Shown one piece after another: positions 14,073 to 29,853 of a DNA stretch of 64,000 nucleotides. The notes beneath the pieces were generated by a model, which saw only the letters and a list, made by a program, of their open reading frames with translations, was not told where the DNA came from and searched no databases. The position numbers and the translations under genes were made by a program. The stretch lies in contig OZ176055.1 of the NCBI GenBank assembly GCA_964247055.1, forward strand, positions 5,952,001 through 6,016,000, written 5' to 3'. The DNA is from Paragordius varius (taxonomy: Eukaryota; Animalia; Nematomorpha). Positions within the stretch are counted from its first letter, which is position 1. Each line of letters begins with the position of its first letter.

Positions 14073-17000
14073 ATGACAACCGATATAGCAATACATTTTG
14101 ATCACGAACCTTTTGAAGATGAAAATTACGATCAAGGATCTGCCCGGTTATTTGAAAGATCCAGAATTCGTGCATTAGCTGGTAAAATATAATTTTTATA
14201 AATATACTGTTTCTTGTTTTACAATGTTATGTTATGTAAATATTAAACATATTATTTTTAACTTTGATTACTTCCTAAAATGCGTAATATAATATTTTGT
14301 TTAATCCAAAAAATCACTTTATATAAATTGGCTTCTTGCGATTTTTTATTTTTTAATCAATACAGATCTTTTATGGATTTTTTACGTATAATTATGGATA
14401 TATTATAAAATATTTTTTTTTCTAAATTGTTGTAATGTGTTGATGTTATTGTAAAAATAAATTTTTATATTCTGTTCTGATATGTACTTTTTTGTAGAAC
14501 ACACAACATAGAGCACACATTGTGTTATGTATATGTAAAAATTTATTAGATTTTCTCCAGACTTTTTTTCCATTTCATTTTTTTCTATAGTATATACTTT
14601 TATTTCTTAACAATAATCCAATTTTCTTATTTTTTACTACATTAGGGATATTTCATTTTTTTCTATTAATATGTTTAATGTTTCGTAAATGTATTTTATA
14701 ATTACAAATCCAATATAAGAAAGCTTAATTTGCAGGCCACAACATTTATACGCAGCCGTAGTATAATTAAAAAAATTTAATGTAATGTGTGTGTGTTTTT
14801 CATCTAACTATTTTTAAAATGGTTTAATTAAAAAATTTTCAAATGATATATATAGATATATATTTTTGTCACAAAATTAATTTTGGTTAAATATATAAAT
14901 ATATGCAGTTTATGAATTGAAGAATGTGGAAAATATGATAGAGTAACGAGAGCTATTATTGGCCATTTCGGTTAAAACCATGTTTGACATTTATTTTATA
15001 TTATAGTTATATATTTACAGTATGCATTTTAATGGTTGCTTATTTCACACTATAGTTGGGCAATTTGCAACACAGTAGTATATGGAAAAAAAAATTGTTG
15101 TTTTTTTTCCAAACACTACTATGTTGCAAATTGGCCAACTATAGTGTAAAATAAGCAACCATTAAAATGCATACTGTAATTGAACATAGTATTTTTCCTC
15201 CATATATCATCAAAAATGTGACTAATAAACATGTAAATTTTATCCCATTTAAAACAAACCCGAAATGGCCAATAATAGCTTTCATTAACAATAAAACATT
15301 TGCCTTTTTCGTTTGTCTGCATTTGATCATGAAGTTATGTTACCAATTTTTTTTACATTTTTTGCACATCCGCTCTTAGCTTTTAAATGCTTAACGTTTG
15401 TTTTATAAGTTTTAATCGGGAATATCCAATTTTCACCAAGCACCAGGCAACTTTGCTCATTTGTCATCATATGATGTAAAAATTTAAGTGTAATTAATTA
15501 AATCGTACATTAAAGTTTTTAATAAAATTAATATATAATAAGATACGTAGTACAGGACACAGTATAACAAATAGAGTTTAAATCGAAACCGTTTTTTATC
15601 ATACTTACTATATATTTACGTTTGAAAATTTGAACGGAAATCAGTTTCATTTTTACCAGAAAAAATATTTTATATTAATGATGAGTCATATTAGCTCGAT
15701 AATGCAATTCATTTTTAGGGGTGAATTTGAATTGCCGAGGCTGAATTTGAATCGTTCAAGGGTGAATTTGAGGTTGTAATGGTATATGACGCCTGAAAGA
15801 TTTTAAATGAGAATACAAATATTTTTTCTTCGTGTAAAACAAATTCGACCCCGATATCTTTTGTTGAATATACAGTCATGTATCCTTTATTTTATCAAAA
15901 ATTAATTTTTTTCGTTAAATGGAAAATATTTGGTAAAGAATGGAAAAAACTAGAGCTCTATGGTAATTATATTATACTTTTTTGATGAACCATAGAGCTC
16001 TTGTTTCCATTCTTTACCAAATAATTATTCCCACTTAACGAAAGAAAATGATAAAATAAAAGATATATGACTGTATTATATTTTTTTGATCAATTATAAC
16101 TTAATTTGTTAGTTTTTTTATGCCGGCTATAATAACACTAGACAACAAATTTTGACTTTTTATAACTGTCATTCTTGGTAATTTAAAATTTATATCATTT
16201 AAGTGCATAAAGAGTATATCTGAAAATCATTGGTCCAACATCTAATTTCATGTTATTAGGGTTTATCGATAATTTTTGGCCCGATTAACATTAAACTCGA
16301 AATCAAAATTAGATTTTAGATATAAAAACTGTTTCTTGCGAATGGTAGTTAGTCATTTAAATCGTTCTGATATAAAAGCTGTTTGGTTTTATACGGTCAA
16401 AATTTTCAACCCATAAATAAGTCAAAAATTTTTACAGATAAACCAAATTAAAAATCATATAATTAATTTAATATAATTATTACGGTTAAATTAGTAAACT
16501 GTAAATTTATTACATAGTCATATAGAAACTGAGAATATTTAAACTTTGTTTTTAATCGTTGTTTCAAAATTATAATCCTCCTAAAGGAAATAACTTAATA
16601 TATGGTAATTTTTTAAGAAACAAAAAACTTAAAAATAGCTGTTTTGAATGACATAATAGCAATAAATAAGTGTTTTAATCTAAAAAAACCTTTTTGTGTT
16701 ATTTTTTTGGACTTTCATTGCCACCTAGACTAAGTTTGAGCTATTTTTATCCATTAATTTTAAAATATATTAAGAAAAAACCTCGCTTCGCGGGTTCGTC
16801 GCTTCCTATGTCCAAAATTAACAATCGATTTAAAACATAATAGTATGCATTTTATAATGTTTTCATTACTCTTTCGAATGATATATTACAAATGGGCATT
16901 TATAGTATATTTTCAAAAAAAACATTTTTCAGTGACATTTTGATACAGAGGGTGCATATTGTAAAAAAATCAAATTATACAAAATTCTTACGCGGAATTA

Positions 17001-19166
17001 TCATATTTATTCCAAAATTTACTGTTAAAATGATAGTAAATATCAGAAAATGCAAAAGAGTGGCGGAAATGTTGTCTAGTGTAATTGAAACCAGGTGTTA
17101 ATATTTACAATTTATAATATATAAATTTTTAAATTTGCCTTCAACTCTAGATCATAAAGTTCCCATTAAAAAAACTTGGAAAATTAATTTAAAACAACTA
17201 TATTTGAAATAGCTTACCAAATAATTATTTGTTGTTGTATACTTTTTGGAAACTATACAGCCTAACTTCATTTTATAAGTTTTAATAATTCAAACATATT
17301 GTCTTAATACTAATAATAAACTCTCAATTAATAAATTTTTCCAAAATAATTAATTATATTAGCACATTTAAACTATGTTTACATTTCATAACCTTATGGG
17401 GTAGTTTTCTATCCTTGAAGGATTTGAAATTTGAATACCTAAAAAAGGTATAACCGAATTTGAAAATATGCTTTCTCTAGTCTTTTATGCGCATTGTTAA
17501 ATATGAAATTGAAAAATCCTCATATCAAACTTTTTCGTCGCCATGGTTTTCCTTCGAATTTTTTAAAAATTATATTACGGTTAGAACTTTAGTAAGCTTG
17601 CATGTTGCATTATATTAGAACTTAATATATATTGATTTTAATAGCAGCTGTTCGTTTCAATCTTGTCTAGAAGTCACAAAACTAAAAAATATAAGTTTAT
17701 CTAATACACTAAAAAAATGTTTGATAATTAAGTTTTGAATAAAACAACTTTCAAAACAGTATGTAAAATTACCCCAATATGTCATCGCAAAAAAAGTGAA
17801 AAGACTATTGAAGTGTTGCAAGCAGTTTTATAATTTAGATCTAAATATCCGTATATCCAATTGTAATTACTAAAATTCGAATTCACCATTAATATATTTG
17901 ATTAAGGAAATATTTATAAGACACTCATATACATTAATTCCCTTACCTACAATTTTCCCCATCTACAATCTTTTCTTAACATACTTTCCTATAAAGTTAA
18001 ATTGACTTATTAAAATTATTGGATTTGTAAAAATAAACCTTTGATATTTTGATTCATATTTTTATACACATGTATATTCATTTTGACCAGATGAACGTGA
18101 AAATGTACAAAAGAAAACATTTACCAAATGGGTCAATTCACATTTATTGCGTGTTGGAGGCCGTGTGCAAGATTTGTATGTCGATTTACGGGATGGGAAA
18201 TTGCTCATCAAATTACTTGAAGTTTTGTCTGGAGAGCGATTGGTAATCACTAGAAAAAATTGATTTTCATCCATTTTTATGTCGTCAATTTTAGGACAAA
18301 ACAACATTTTTAAACATTGTTTAATGATTAACCATATGTTTAATTCTTAGATTAATTTTTTTGATAATTTTTGAGGTGTTATTGATATATCAACTTGTTT
18401 TCCAATGACTTACTGAAACTTTTAAAATAGTGACAAGTTTTTTACAAATCAACCGTTAATTAACGATACCTAAGCTATTATTACCGTATGTTATATTTCA
18501 TTGGCTTGGAATTTTTCAAAATATAATTTATTTTTATGCATAAATTATATATATATATATATATATATGTTTTTGCAATAACTTTTGAAAATTTCAAATA
18601 TTGACAAGTGTCTACTAATTGTAGATGCATTATTATATAAATAAACATATATGTAATTTAGCCTAGGCCAACGAAAGGGAAAATGCGTATACATTGCTTA
18701 GAAAACGTGGATAAAGCATTGACCTTTTTGAAAGAACAATACGTTCATCTCGAAAACATGGGCTCCCACGATATAGTCGATGGGAATCCCCGATTAACCT
18801 TAGGTCTTATTTGGACCATAATTTTACGATTCCAGGTATTTTTGTTGTTGTTTTTTTCGAAAATATTTTGACATTTTTTAGCTAAAATTATCATTTTTAT
18901 TTTTTTTGTTTCTACTTTTATTTATCTCTCTTTTTGTTACGTATAATTATTTGCACATTTTTTGAAATTTTTTACATGTGTAAAAGAAAAAAAATGATTT
19001 CATACGCAGAGGACAGTATATACGCTTTTTGCAGTAGTGTCTAAAAAATCGATATTTATACTTATGCTATCCAATACTTATCTTCCTTTTACTTTGATTA
19101 TGTGTAGTGTTTCATAAATCTTAACTAATGCAAATTGACAATTACATAGATACGAATATATAGATA

Positions 19167-19213
<47 letters not shown>

Positions 19214-22200
19214 CAACAAAATGTTTAATCGATAAAAACAAATTTTATTTATTTTTTCCTCTTTTCAGATTCAAGATATCACGTTTGAAGAGGCCGAAAG
19301 CAAGGAAACGAAATCGGCCAAAGACGCCCTTTTACTGTGGTGTCAAATGAAAACGGCTGGTTATTCGAATGTGAATGTTCGAAATTTTACAACAAGCTGG
19401 CGTGATGGGCTAGCTTTCAACGCTTTAATCCACAAACATAGGTTCATTTTAAATTTTAGATTTTTACAGGTTTGCAAAAAAATAATCTTTGTATACCAGG
19501 GGTCTCCAACACAAATGGCTTTGCGGGCTGCTTTTAGCTCAAAAATTACGACAGACCGCATTTGAAATATATATGAGCAATTATTAGATTTCAAACATGA
19601 GACTTCCAAAAAAAACGAAGAGCTAACACTTCTTCTCGTTTTGTTATTTGGATTGACTTGTATAGAAAAAATTTGTCTTAGGAATAACAATGTTACCAAG
19701 ATTTGGATCCCAAATTTTTGGCTGGCCGCGTGTTGGCCACTTCTGTTATTAACATTTACTTTTAACTAAAACCTATTAATTTTATTGTGGTTTTGAGAGA
19801 TTTATGTAATATGAAAGCGTGTAATGTATACCTTATTGTTTTAACACATAGGCCTGATTTGGTACGATACGAAGCTTTACACAAATCCAATGCAGTAATG
19901 AATTTGAACAATGCATTTAACATAGCTGAAGAAAAATTAGGCATCCCCAAACTCCTTGATATTGAAGGTATGACATCTAAATTTAAGCCAATTTATTTTA
20001 AGTGATATAAAACATTTTAATTAGGATGAGCTAATTATTATAAAATTAAAACAGATAAATAAAATAACATAAAAAATATTGGTAAAATAATTAATGTTAC
20101 TATTTATCAAAAAAATATCTCAAGTTATCGAATATTTTGGACATCATTGAGATATAATTTATTATACCCAATATTTAACTACACTAGATGTTAACGTTGA
20201 ATTACCGGATGAAAAATCTATTATCACTTATGTTGTAACATTCTACCATTATTTCTCAAAACTCAAAGCTGAAACTGTCCAAGGGAGAAGGATTGCTAAG
20301 GTTTTATATCTAGTTTTTTTTACATTTAACCTACAAGTGACTCCTATGGACTCAAATATTTTAACACCATATTGATATAATTCATTAAAACTAGTCATAT
20401 TTAATTATTAAGTTTATTGCATTTTGACCCATATTTATCATATAACTTAATATAATTAAAAAATAATGATATATTTAAACGGTGAAATTATGACACAGAT
20501 GTAACTTTTGATTTTTATACATTTACATGTCATGATCAATTTTCAAGACAAATTTTTTCTAATGACATATTTATTAACATTTTTAGGTTGTGGACGCATC
20601 TATGGAACAAGATCGTATGCTGGAACAATATGAAAGGATGAGCACTAATTTGCTTGAATGGATCGAACGAACCATTGATCGTTTGGAGGATAGGGAATTT
20701 GCTAATTCACTCGTTGGTGTTCAACAACAGTTGGCCGCATTCAATGCTTACCGCACGCAAGAAAAACCACCAAAGTATTGCGAATTAAATCAAGGATATT
20801 GATTATTCGTTGAATTTGAATCTCATTCGCGTTTTTTAAATTCTTTATATAAAAACTTTGATCATTGGATGATTGATCCTTTTAAATTAATATTGCAAAT
20901 AATAATTCGACTCTGGAATTATTAAAACATTTTGCAAATCGTTAAGGATTATTTTTCAAGATGTAATTTTTAAAGGACGGTAAGTATATGTTGCCAGAAT
21001 TAAGGATTAGAGCCTAATTTAATATAACACTTTTTTAATTATTAATATTATTACATTCCACAAATCTATATTTTATGGCTTTTGCAAAAAATTTTAAATC
21101 ATAATAGATTTGTTGAAAAAGGAAACTTGGAAATCATACTTTTTACCATGCAAAGCAAGGCGCGTGCAATGAATCTCAGGTTACGTTTTCCACGTGAAGG
21201 ACGTCTCATCTCTGACGTTAACAAGGCTTGGGCCACGCTCGAAAGTGTCGAACACGAAAGGGAAATGGCCCTGAGAGATGAAATTTTAAGGCAAGAGAGA
21301 TTGGAGCAATTGGCTGATCGGTTTGACCGGAAAGCCGGGATGCGGGAAAGTTGGTTAAACGAGAATCAACGTTTAGTATGCCAAGACAATTTTGGTATCA
21401 CATTTTGTTTTACTTTTATATATTTACTTTTACGCTTGGTTCGCGATAAAAGGATTCTCGAAGTTCATATAATTTAACAGAGAGTAGAAAAGTTTCATAT
21501 AAGTTGTAATTAATATTAACTAAGGCTTGGGAAGAATTTAAGCGAATTGTTTGTTTGTTACATTAAATGCCATAAATTATTAACTAAACATAATAGATTT
21601 TGAGTTTATGGTCTATTTTAAAATGTAATATTTAAATCTATTTTTAACTTTGTATCTTTTCAATATTCACATCTATTATTTTTAAAGAAAGTTATATAAT
21701 TTAAGCATCGAGTAATACTTTATATGCATTTTTGCCAGTTTTACTTTATTAAATAAAGAAATGCTTAAAAAATTTTCCGTTTTCTCTTTTATGATACTGA
21801 AAATTGGTTATTTTGACTGTTTTTTATTAGGGTCTGATTTGGCGTCATGTGGAGCCGCTATGAAAAAACATGAAGCCATTGAAACTGACATATTTGCTTA
21901 TCGTGAACGCATAAACGCTCTCATAAAGACTGCCTCACAATTGGACGAAGAAAAATACCATGATTTACGTCGTATACAAGAAAGGTATTATTAATTTAAT
22001 CAAAAAAATTAAATTTTAACCAAGTTTAAAGCAATTTTCCGTTTTTAGAATTAATTAAACGATAATTGTTTAGTTTGCATCTTGCCTATTAATAAACGAA
22101 AAAAAGAAATGCCTAACTTTATATTTTAAATCATAGAAAAGAGAATGTAATCCGGCTTTGGAAATACTTGTTAGAGCTGTTGAAAAACCGTAGGAAACGT

Positions 22201-25200
22201 TTGGAAAAATGTATAGATATTCAAACCATCTTCCAAAACATGATTAATAAAATGGACATTATGGATGAGTTAAAGGTATTTATAAATCTTTCAATAATTG
22301 TTTGATTATATAAATTTACAGTAATATTTGAAATATAAGGGAAAACGTCAAAATTCAATGACAAATGTTTCTAAAAAAGATACCATATTTTTTAAACTTG
22401 GTTTTTTTATATATAACATTTAGGATTTGGTCGCAAAATAAGAAAGAAAACCTGCTCAATTATACATTTCCCTATCGTTAAATTATATAGTTTTTGTAGA
22501 ACAAATTAAGGTTTAAAAAAGTATTGTTGTCTTTTACACTATTTTGTTCGTTTATTTTGTTCAATTTTTACCATGTAAATTATTTATAGAGTCAATTGTT
22601 AAGTGATGATTATGGGAAACATTTAATGGGTGTTGAAGATTTATTGCAAAAACATAGCCTCCTTGAAAACGATATCGATATTTTGGGCCAACAACTGAAG
22701 CAAGAATGCGATAAGGCCCGCACTTACATAGATGATGATGGGAAAGAACTTGGAGGTTTTATTTAATGTTAAAAAGAAATCGTAACTTATTTATACATGA
22801 AATAAATTAACTTAAAGTGTCTTAAATCTTATGAGATACCATTTGCACTTCAAGAGTGTCCTTGAACACTTCAAGTTGGTCCTTTGACTTTTTTGTTATG
22901 TTTTTAACTTTTATCAATAAATCGTAAATAGTTCATCTATTTTATTGTTTTTAACTTATTTTATATTATTTAACATAAATTTTAAATCGATACAAAATTT
23001 ATAAATTTTAAGGAACTTGAAGTCATGGACCAACTTGAATTGTTCAAGGACCAACTTGAATTGTTCAAGGACCAACTTGAATTGTTCAAGGACCAACTTG
23101 AAGTGTTCAAGGACACTATTGAAGTGCAAATGGTATATTTGAGTTGTTAAAATCAAATATAGGATTGTAATATAGCCAAATAAGAAAATTATACATACAT
23201 ACATACAATATGAGTAAAAAATGTTTTAATTATTGCCAGATAGCATAGCAATATGATTGGTTTTAATTTGATGCATATTAAAAAATATTTTTTTTCGCTT
23301 TTTCCTTCCTTTTATCCAATTGATTTGCTCTTTAATTTTAATGCCATTTCCAATGTATAATGAATCACACTCTAATATAATAAGTTATGACAATCTTTAA
23401 AACATATAAAATTCATAATTATAATGGTGCGTGCATAAAATTTAAAAAATATCTTTTTTTTCTTCAATCTAAAGCTACCAAGTCACAAATTTCGCATTCC
23501 CTTATCTTTTTTTAATAAATTTTAATATAGGTTACAGACCATGTGACCCCAAACTCATTGGCGAACGTATAAAGACGGTTGAATCGGCCTACCAGGAATT
23601 GGTCGAGCTTGCTAATAAACGCAAAAATCGTTTAGCGGCCAGCAAAAAATTGTGGGAATTTTACTGGGAAATGTCACAGGAAGAAAATTGGATTCGGGAA
23701 CGCGAAGCTCATCTTACCAGCCCAGACCTGGGACATGACCTGGTTAGCGTTAACGTTTTGATTAACAAGCAAAAAGCTCTGGAAAGTGAAATGGAAAACC
23801 ATGAGGTAAATTTACTTTCCGTAAAATAAGGGTTTTTTTTTCTAATTTAGTTATCGATGTTCGATGTATACATATTAAATTTTATTGGTTAAACATGTAT
23901 TGCCAATATTTTTGAACGTAAAATTACTTGTAAACCGCTAAATAATTTATACTATTTATTATATATATTTTTAGCCTCAATTAAAACAAGTATTATCCCT
24001 TGGACATGAATTGGTTAGTGCCAACACGGTTAAAAAGGATAAAGGTAAACCAATAATGTTATGGGATATGATTTAAAATATTAATTACTTTTTTCTTTTA
24101 AAATTATTTCCTAATTCACATTTAATATATCAATATAATTCTTGGAGGTTAATTAGCCTTTCCCGCTAATATTAGATCAGTTATTTATATATAAATTAAT
24201 CGTATTAAGTTATTTACACTATCTTTTATCAAATTTAAAGGGCCCGTATAGCTTCTCCTTAAAGGGTACGAGTGCATTATTGAGTATAGCAAATAATCAA
24301 ATAAATTTTCTTTAATGGTAGTTCCCAGTCTTTATGGGAGCGATTCCTTCTATCATAAAAAACCTCCTTCTAACTAACTTGTTTCCCATCAAATTAAAAT
24401 ACATAATTTTAGATATAATGTCCAAATCTAAACCTACATGTTTTTTACATGTTAAATGGTTGATTTTTTACCCATATAGATTCGGTATCCACACCCGAAA
24501 CCTATTTTGATCCAACGCCGATTGCTGAACGATGTGCTGAATTAGAGAGCCTTTGGCAACGTGTAACTCGAAACGCTTGTGAACAACGGAGAGCACGATT
24601 AGCTCGAGCCAATGATTTTTATGCCTGGTTCAGTGAAGCCGATGACTGTGACGCTTACTTGTTGGAAACGCTGAGAATTTTATCAGCCAGTGGGATTGGA
24701 GATGATGAAATGAGTGTACAAGGTTGGATGGAATTAAATGTTTTGTGAAAATTGACACTTTTTTGTAGATTTTAAACTGGTGATAAGATTATAGTTTGTA
24801 ACGGTTAAAATGCATTCACAGGTAGAGAAATTTGAGTGATCTTGTAAAGGATCTAATATAAACGTAAATACTTTTATCGGCCAGTGGAATTGGGGAGTGT
24901 CAAGATTGGAGTTCAATGGTTTTTAAAAGTTAACTGTTTTAACTCTTCAAGGGTTAGACTAATTAAAATTATTATAAGAGTATAGTATATGTGATTGTTT
25001 TGAAATAACAACATTCGAAATTTATCACTTTACTATAGAGTTAGTGTACTTGGTTTGGTAGCAACAAAAAATTTAAGATTTGAGTTTTTGTGAATTAAGA
25101 GCTATGGCGGAAAATGATAATGTTCTGAACCTCTGATATCTACATCTTTCAACCGCAAAAAACAATCAAAATAAGTTATAATAGTTTGCGGATAGATTTG

Positions 25201-26740
25201 TTTGAAAATAATTTTTGGCGACCACTTTTGTCATAAATTTTATATCATCGATTGTTTATTTGGGTGTTAATTTTTTGCATTAATTTAACTTATTTGTTTG
25301 TCCCGATTTCTGTATATACACACATAATATTTTAATTAAATTTTACTTTTTAGATCATTATTAGAATTCCTTATAATTATTTCAATTTTTATTTACAACT
25401 TAGGGCAATTGAAAAAGCATACTATAACTGCCGAAGGACTTAAACAATTCACAAACACGATTGAAGCTTTGAAGGAACAGGCCGATGCCTTAAATGAAGA
25501 AGTCTGTTTATAAAAATATTTAATTAAGCCAAAATTTAAACCATTATAGCTTTATTGTTAAGTGTATAATTGTATGAAAAAATAATTGTCATATATTATA
25601 ATGCATCGATATGACTTTTTAGAAATTTAAACCAAATTGTAATTAAACCAAAATCTGGATGACGTTTAAATAGATGAAAATATTATGTTTATCAAATTAA
25701 AAATGGGTTAAATAAAAATGGTTGGTTTGTATAAGCTTAAAATTGGATTTTGTGAAAAATATTTTCAAATTGCCAGTACGATATAAGAATTTACAAACGA
25801 CAATTTTAATGAATGTTTAATACTAAGACAAGTACCATTTACAGTTCAAATTCACCCTCGAACGATACGAATTCACCCTATATGTGTTTTTCTACATTAA
25901 AAAATACCTTTATTTTTTAATAATTTCTGAAATATGATTCTGTTTATAATTATTATAATGCTGAAAAAATAAACTATGTCGTAAAAATATATTTCATATT
26001 AATAGATAAGTTATATTAGCCCAAAAACACATAATTTATTTTTTAGGGTGAATTTGAATTGTAAATGGTATATAAGTACGATTTTATTGTCGCTTGTTTT
26101 TAGGATCGGAGTTCACCTCAAATCTCTGAACGTATAAAAAATATTGAACGTCGATACCACGAATTATTGGAGTTATCAAAATTGCGAAAACAGCGTTTGC
26201 TTGACGCCCTATCTCTCTACAAATTGTATGCCGAAATCGATGGTGTCCAAACTTGGATCGATGAAAAGGTTTTAATTCAATTTATATTTTGAATATTTTT
26301 TACCTTATAATGCAATAGTGAGAAATGTATATGTTCTGGGGATTTAAGAGTTTTTTATATGATAATTTTTATTTGTATTTTTACACATTTGTTGATAAAG
26401 GTTTTGAAATTAAGTTATATGCCTACATAAGGTGTATTTAAATAAATAAATTTGTTTTTTATTGTATATATTTTTATAAATCAGTCATTAATTTGTCTTA
26501 ATCTTTAGTTATGCTGATTATACTCGCCTTATGCACCCTATTACAGTGATGTTTGAAAAAAAAAATTTATTTTACAAAAATTTTTTTTTTATTCGAGACT
26601 TGAATCCCGTTTACTTGATATAAATTTATCAAGATTACATGGCGAATGATTTGAAGCGAAATTTTTCTTCCCTAATATCCTTGTAGAAAACTATTTGAGT
26701 AGATGTTTTAGAAGAACATTGCTAACGTTTATTACAATAT

Positions 26741-26778
<38 letters not shown>

Positions 26779-29700
26779 CAGTAATACTTTAAATTGTTAA
26801 AAAAAATTCGTTTATACATCTAAATTCAATGTAGGAAAAAATGCTGGCTACAGTCACACCCCCCAAGAATGATATTGAAGGTTTGGAAGTTGTGAAACAC
26901 AGATTTGATTCCTTCGAACAAGAATTGAATAATAGCGCCTCCCGTGTCGCGTGTGTTAATCAACTGGCCCGACAACTTTTACAAGTGGATCATCCCAACT
27001 CTGATGAAATTTTGACACGCCAGGCCGAAATGAATAAACGGTAAATTGGCTTTTTGTGTGGCATGATGGAAAATTTTTTATATAATGTTTAGTCCTTTTA
27101 TATTCAAACCTTAGGTTTTGATAATACCAAAATATATTTTTTTCTAATTTATTTTTCTCGTGTACATTTTTTACTGTTAAAAACAGTAAAAGTTACACTT
27201 ACTATAAATTCACACTTATTATTAAAAATTTATTTATTCGATTTCTTTTCACCACATTTGTCCTAATATTAATTGTTTTTACCTATGTTGATAAAATTAC
27301 AACACATTTTAATATCCATTATATTATTTAGTTGGAGTAAGTTACGAGAAATTGTGGATAAAAAGAAGGCTGATCTTGATGGCGCTTATGGTGTTCAAAC
27401 TTTCCATTTGGAATGCCAAGAAACTATTGTATATATCCTTTGACACTTTTTTTGTTTTTTTCATAATATATATTGTATTTACACCTTATGATAGATATTT
27501 AACTGGTTTAATTATTACTAGAAGCGATTATTTATATCGTTTGAATTAAAAGAATATAATTTTATTATTATTACATACCTTTTTTCAGTCTCGTTATCGA
27601 AATGTTTTCTTCGATAAAAACCTTTTATATTACAATCCAAAAGTTTTTTTCTAGTCTTTATCAAATTTTTTACGGCCATAAGTACGTTTTGTAGACAAAC
27701 AAAATGTGTTTATGAATTATCGAACTGGGAAATCGTTTTTTTATTTAATAAGCACCTTCTTATTCAATAAAATTATGTTTTACTTACCTCAATTGAAAAT
27801 TATTTCAATAGTCTTGGATCTTGGATAAAACGAAAGCGTTGGAAGAAACCGAGGAACTAGGGAACGACCTAGGGAGCGTTATGAAACTCCAACGGCGATT
27901 AAGTCTTATGGAAAGGGATTTAAACGCTATCCGTGCCAAAATGGATAGTTTGGAAAAGGAGGCCGTTGACATTGAAGAACAACAACAGCAACATGCCACA
28001 ATACAACAAATCGCCCCATCTACCCCGATTACCATTCCCTTGACTGGACCACAAATTGAATCGGTAATGATTATTTTGTTCATATGGGGCTAAAAATGCG
28101 TTTTTTACGTAATTTAGAGTTAATAATCACTTTCCTTTCTTTTTTACGAGTGTATAAAGTATGAGTTTACAAAAAGTTCACTTTTTAATTTTTAACAAGG
28201 GTCAAGAGATGTCCATAATGAATCCCCTGTGTTCCAAAAAGATTAATTTTGACAAATGGGTTTTTGTAAATGTTATTTACTGTTAATAAATACAATGTTG
28301 ACGAAAAATTTAGAGTTAAGTTAAAACCTTTGCGAAAGCTCCAACTACCTGTCCAAGCCAGCTAGTAAAGGCTACTATATAACTTTAAATCATCAAAATT
28401 GAAAGCTAACTAAGAAAATTAATTTTTCTCTTAAGTCCATATATTTTGCATATAACCATAACATTATTAATGTTATTAATCTTGTATATAATGTTATATT
28501 CATCAATTTTCTTTCTATTTTCACTCTTTTAGGCTACGGTTTTAAATGCGGCCACCCCAACCATTCATTCACCTACAGCCACGAGTGTAACACAAGTTCA
28601 TTTAATCCGCAAGGATTTGAATGATATGCGAAAAACTTGGGACCGTCTGGCTGATTTGGTTCGGGCCCGAGATGCTAAGCTAGCTGAACATGGGGATTTG
28701 CAACGCTTCCTAGCCGACGTGGATCATTTCCAGTCCTGGTTGAGTGCTACGCAAAAAGCGGTCGCCTCACAAGACCCTAGTTCAACTAGCGCAAGTATTA
28801 TTGTCATTTATTCAATAATAAAATACTACGATATTTTTAGCTGATGAAACTTTAATTTTTATATTATTGCAAAAATATTGTCCTTCCCCCTCGCCCCATT
28901 CGGTATATTCAAATAAGCATACATGTATATCTTTCCAGTGGCAATTTTTTATTAGTTAATGATAAATGCGTTATAAGTTTAACTATTTTCTCGTTTTTAT
29001 AATGAAAACTCTTTTTATTTTATATATTGTATAGGTACTACTATGCCAGGTGATATCAGTACTTCACACCTACAAAGTAGTATGGCTCAAGCCGAAAAAA
29101 TGTTGGCTCAGCACAGAGCCCTTCGAGAAGATATTGAAAATCGAGCACCAGACCGTGAAAATATGTTAAGAATGGGAAAACGTGTGACAGAAGGTTGCAT
29201 TTTTTTTCCATATTTTTATTTATTTACCATTTGTTTAACACTTTTTAGTTTAGGAATAATTGATTCTTTGGTGCGTTATAAGCTTATATATATTCATATA
29301 TTAATTTCTTACAATAATGCAGTCAATTACTTTTCTTGAAAGAATTGATATGTATATTTGTATTAACAAATACAAATAAGTGTAACATAGCTTTACGATA
29401 GTAGATTCAAATATTGTGATTCAAATATTTACATGGTTTATACATAGCAAGCATAAATATTTTCCATAAGTATCAACGTATGTTTTTATTAGCATATTTT
29501 GTTTTTTAGGACAAACCGATCCCCAATACATGTTCCTGAGAGAGAGACTTAATGCCTTAGATGCGGGTTGGAATGATTTGTTAGGAATGTGGGAAAACAG
29601 ACAACGCTATTTGAGTCACAATCTCAATTATTGCATTTTCTGTCGTGATGCCAAACAGGTGGAACAGGCGCTAACACAGGAAGACAAATTTATATCAGGT

Positions 29701-29815
29701 TGCTTTTACATACATATATTATATATTTATTTTCAATGCGACTATATAGAAAAACTTGGGTGTTGTATGAATGTCTATAATAAGAAATATTGCAAGGTGA
29801 AACTTAAAAAATGAA

Positions 29816-29853
<38 letters not shown>

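Noticed and set aside
15119-15379. Three overlapping ORFs in spectrin intron 1
   Set aside because: They overlap a palindromic MITE and AT-rich intron DNA and carry no coding signature.
22956-23204. ORF with repeated LVLEQFK
   Set aside because: It is the translation of the 21-bp MITE subterminal repeat.
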